Source: Geosiphon pyriformis uo1 (taxonomy: Eukaryota; Fungi; Glomeromycota). Taken from it: 64,000 nucleotides of DNA. The first letter of the stretch is position 1. Every line of letters begins with the position of its first letter. The stretch is taken from positions 124,001-188,000 of the forward strand of contig JAAOMT010000657.1 of NCBI GenBank assembly GCA_016748015.1, written 5' to 3'. The translations under genes were made by a program, and so were the position numbers. The notes beneath the pieces were generated by a model. The model was given only the letters and a program-made list of their open reading frames with translations. It did not search any database and was not told the origin of the DNA. This document shows positions 62,166-64,000 of this stretch, piece after piece.

Positions 62166-63997
62166 TGAGTGAGGGGTAGAGACACTGAGTGGACACCTAT
62201 ACTATCCACTTTGGCCAAAAGGCCCAGAACCATTTCCATTAGACATCTCATGCTGTCTTCCAGCTTAGACACTGAAGACATATTGAAAGACACCACTCCT
62301 ATAACAGTCCCACCACTAGTAGACACACCTGAGCTCTCACTCATTACTACATCCGCCCCTTGATCCTGTGATAAAGGGGTCACCAATGGCTGACATCCAG
62401 GACTAGGCTGGAGAACCATTGGCCCAAGTGCATCTAACCTCTTAGCCAGCTTACCAACTTGCTCTGCAAGGCAGACAAGACTGCACTCAAGAGCGGCGAA
62501 CCTATTGTTGACCTCCATCGTAACCAGCAGGGATGGCTTTATCTCCAAAGAGAAGCCATTGTCTACCAAAACCTTCTAACTAGAGAGGGGGAGCAAAGAA
62601 GACCCGTGAGCAATCTTTGCCCAAGAGAAACCACCAAAAGAGACTGGACGAGCAATTAAAGCCGAGTGTTTGGCATAAATGGCTGCCAGCCTGCTTTTAT
62701 CCATGTCCGAGAAAGCCCTACGCAGCGAATTACCAGAAGAAAACTTCCCACCAACCACACAACTCAATAACGTATGACCCAACTTCTCATACTTGGCGCA
62801 TTTAGCAGAGATGAGACGAGACCAGTGGAAATTGGTGTTTCTAAGTACTGGTGTGGTTCTCACGCCAGCATCCAATGATTCAGCAGAGTCGAAGCAAACA
62901 ACAGCACACCTGGCCCAAGCATACGTAACAGAATGACAATCAATGACATATGTTTTCCCACCCACAGATTTAACAAAATCCCAGATATCATGAGCATTAG
63001 TCCCCATTGGCAATGTGTAGAGTAGCGCCCTATGTCAATTCCTTGCATCCCATGCCTCTTTGTCTGAATCAGCCCTGGCCACACGTACAGTATCTTTTCC
63101 AATTAGAATAGACTACTCAGCTGCGACCAAATCAGTCTGATCTGGTTGCTCAAATTCTACCACTGCCTTCTGCCATAGCCCAATTAACTGCATCTTGATC
63201 GCCTTAATAACTCCAAACTTGGATAGTGCAGTGTGCACAGCCTCAGCCGATATTTCAATTGGAATTTTTTTTATGACCACAGCTTGATCTGATCGCTCAG
63301 ATGATTTTTTGAGATCGGTGTTTACTAGGATCTTTGTACTTGTAGCCTTATCAGTAGCTTTCATTAGACTCGATTCAGAAGTAAACATTATTCTGATGAT
63401 CCCTGAGAATTTTGAGGGGGTAGACACCCCCCCAAAACCATTGATTCCAAAAAATAATTTCCTTACTACCACAAGCTTTTCCTGAGAAGAATTGCTGGCC
63501 ACCTTATCTAAGCCAATATCTAATGCAAATGACTTCCTGACTAAAACATTGACCAAGTTTTTCAAAGGAGAGGGGAGCTCAAGAGGAGCATCCGAGAGAA
63601 TACTATTATCATCACTCTTCTTTGAAAAATCAATCTTTCTTAACGGCTTGCCCAATGCCTTCTTGGTTTTGACTTTTAAACTTGTGGGTGTTTGATCATG
63701 ATTCCCACCAGCCAGAGCACTACCTTTACCAAAATCAAAGCTGGTCTCTTCTACCAGACACTCCTTTTCCATATCAATACTCTTAGACTCAGTAGTGTTC
63801 CCAGTTTCTGAACTCCATGAATGGCTCTCTTGGACTTTAGAAGCCACTTTTTTGCCACTGGAACCATCTTCCAAAACACCACTCCTCCTCTTCTTTCTTG
63901 ACAAGACTGTCTCAAAACCATCACCAGAACTAGAACTCTTAACAGCTTTCTTCATGATAGCAGTATATGGGCCAACGGTGGCCTTGTAATCGAACAT
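62162..63997 (-). pseudogene. LINE-B ORF1 (RRM-like domains, CCHC knuckle, coiled coil)
   Basis: FGVIKAIKMQLIGLWQKAVVEF, RALLYTLPMG..VGGKT..CAVVCFDS, CAKYEKLGHTLLSC; ORFs 63113-63997, 62576-63013 and 62162-62569 separated by premature stops. Confidence 0.88.
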
Positions 63998-64000
63998 AAA

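Larger units (their letters stand above)
57349..64000 (-). mobile_element. LINE-B, near full length (5' end at or beyond the window edge), (TAA)n/A-rich tail; GC-richer and less mutated than its neighbours
   Basis: Tail at 57349-57375, 3' UTR 57376-57489, ORF2 and ORF1 remnants; inserted in Gy1 copy F. Confidence 0.93.

Overview
Eukaryotic, AT-rich, almost entirely transposon-derived region with no intact host gene, RNA gene or CRISPR array. Short GT-AG introns and the TE families suggest a fungus, probably Glomeromycotina-like (inference). It is a deeply nested TE cluster whose junctions can largely be resolved by target-site duplications (TSDs). (1) At least seven full or partial copies of one Ty3/Gypsy family ('Gy1'), plus two inverted solo LTRs. 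Gy1 has ~0.65-0.73 kb TG..CA LTRs, 4-bp TSDs, a PBS, a PPT, gag / -1 frameshift / PR-RT-RH-IN, and an extra ORF after integrase. (2) A degenerate second Gypsy family ('Gy2'). (3) Two autonomous-type LINE families (LINE-A 3751-22046 with a 14-bp TSD; LINE-B 57349-64000), each RRM/CCHC ORF1 + APE-RT-RNaseH-Zn ORF2. (4) A family of ORF1-only non-LTR elements: two homologous members carry different 3' tails, one matching LINE-A and the other LINE-B. (5) A 4.8-kb TA-flanked IS630/Tc1/mariner element with an unusual DD138E transposase, which encloses an intron-containing bromodomain-BAH (Rsc1/Rsc2/polybromo-like) gene remnant between its TIRs. All copies are riddled with C>T/G>A transitions, graded with nesting age (RIP-like). 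Element names are my own labels; all alignments were done by eye.
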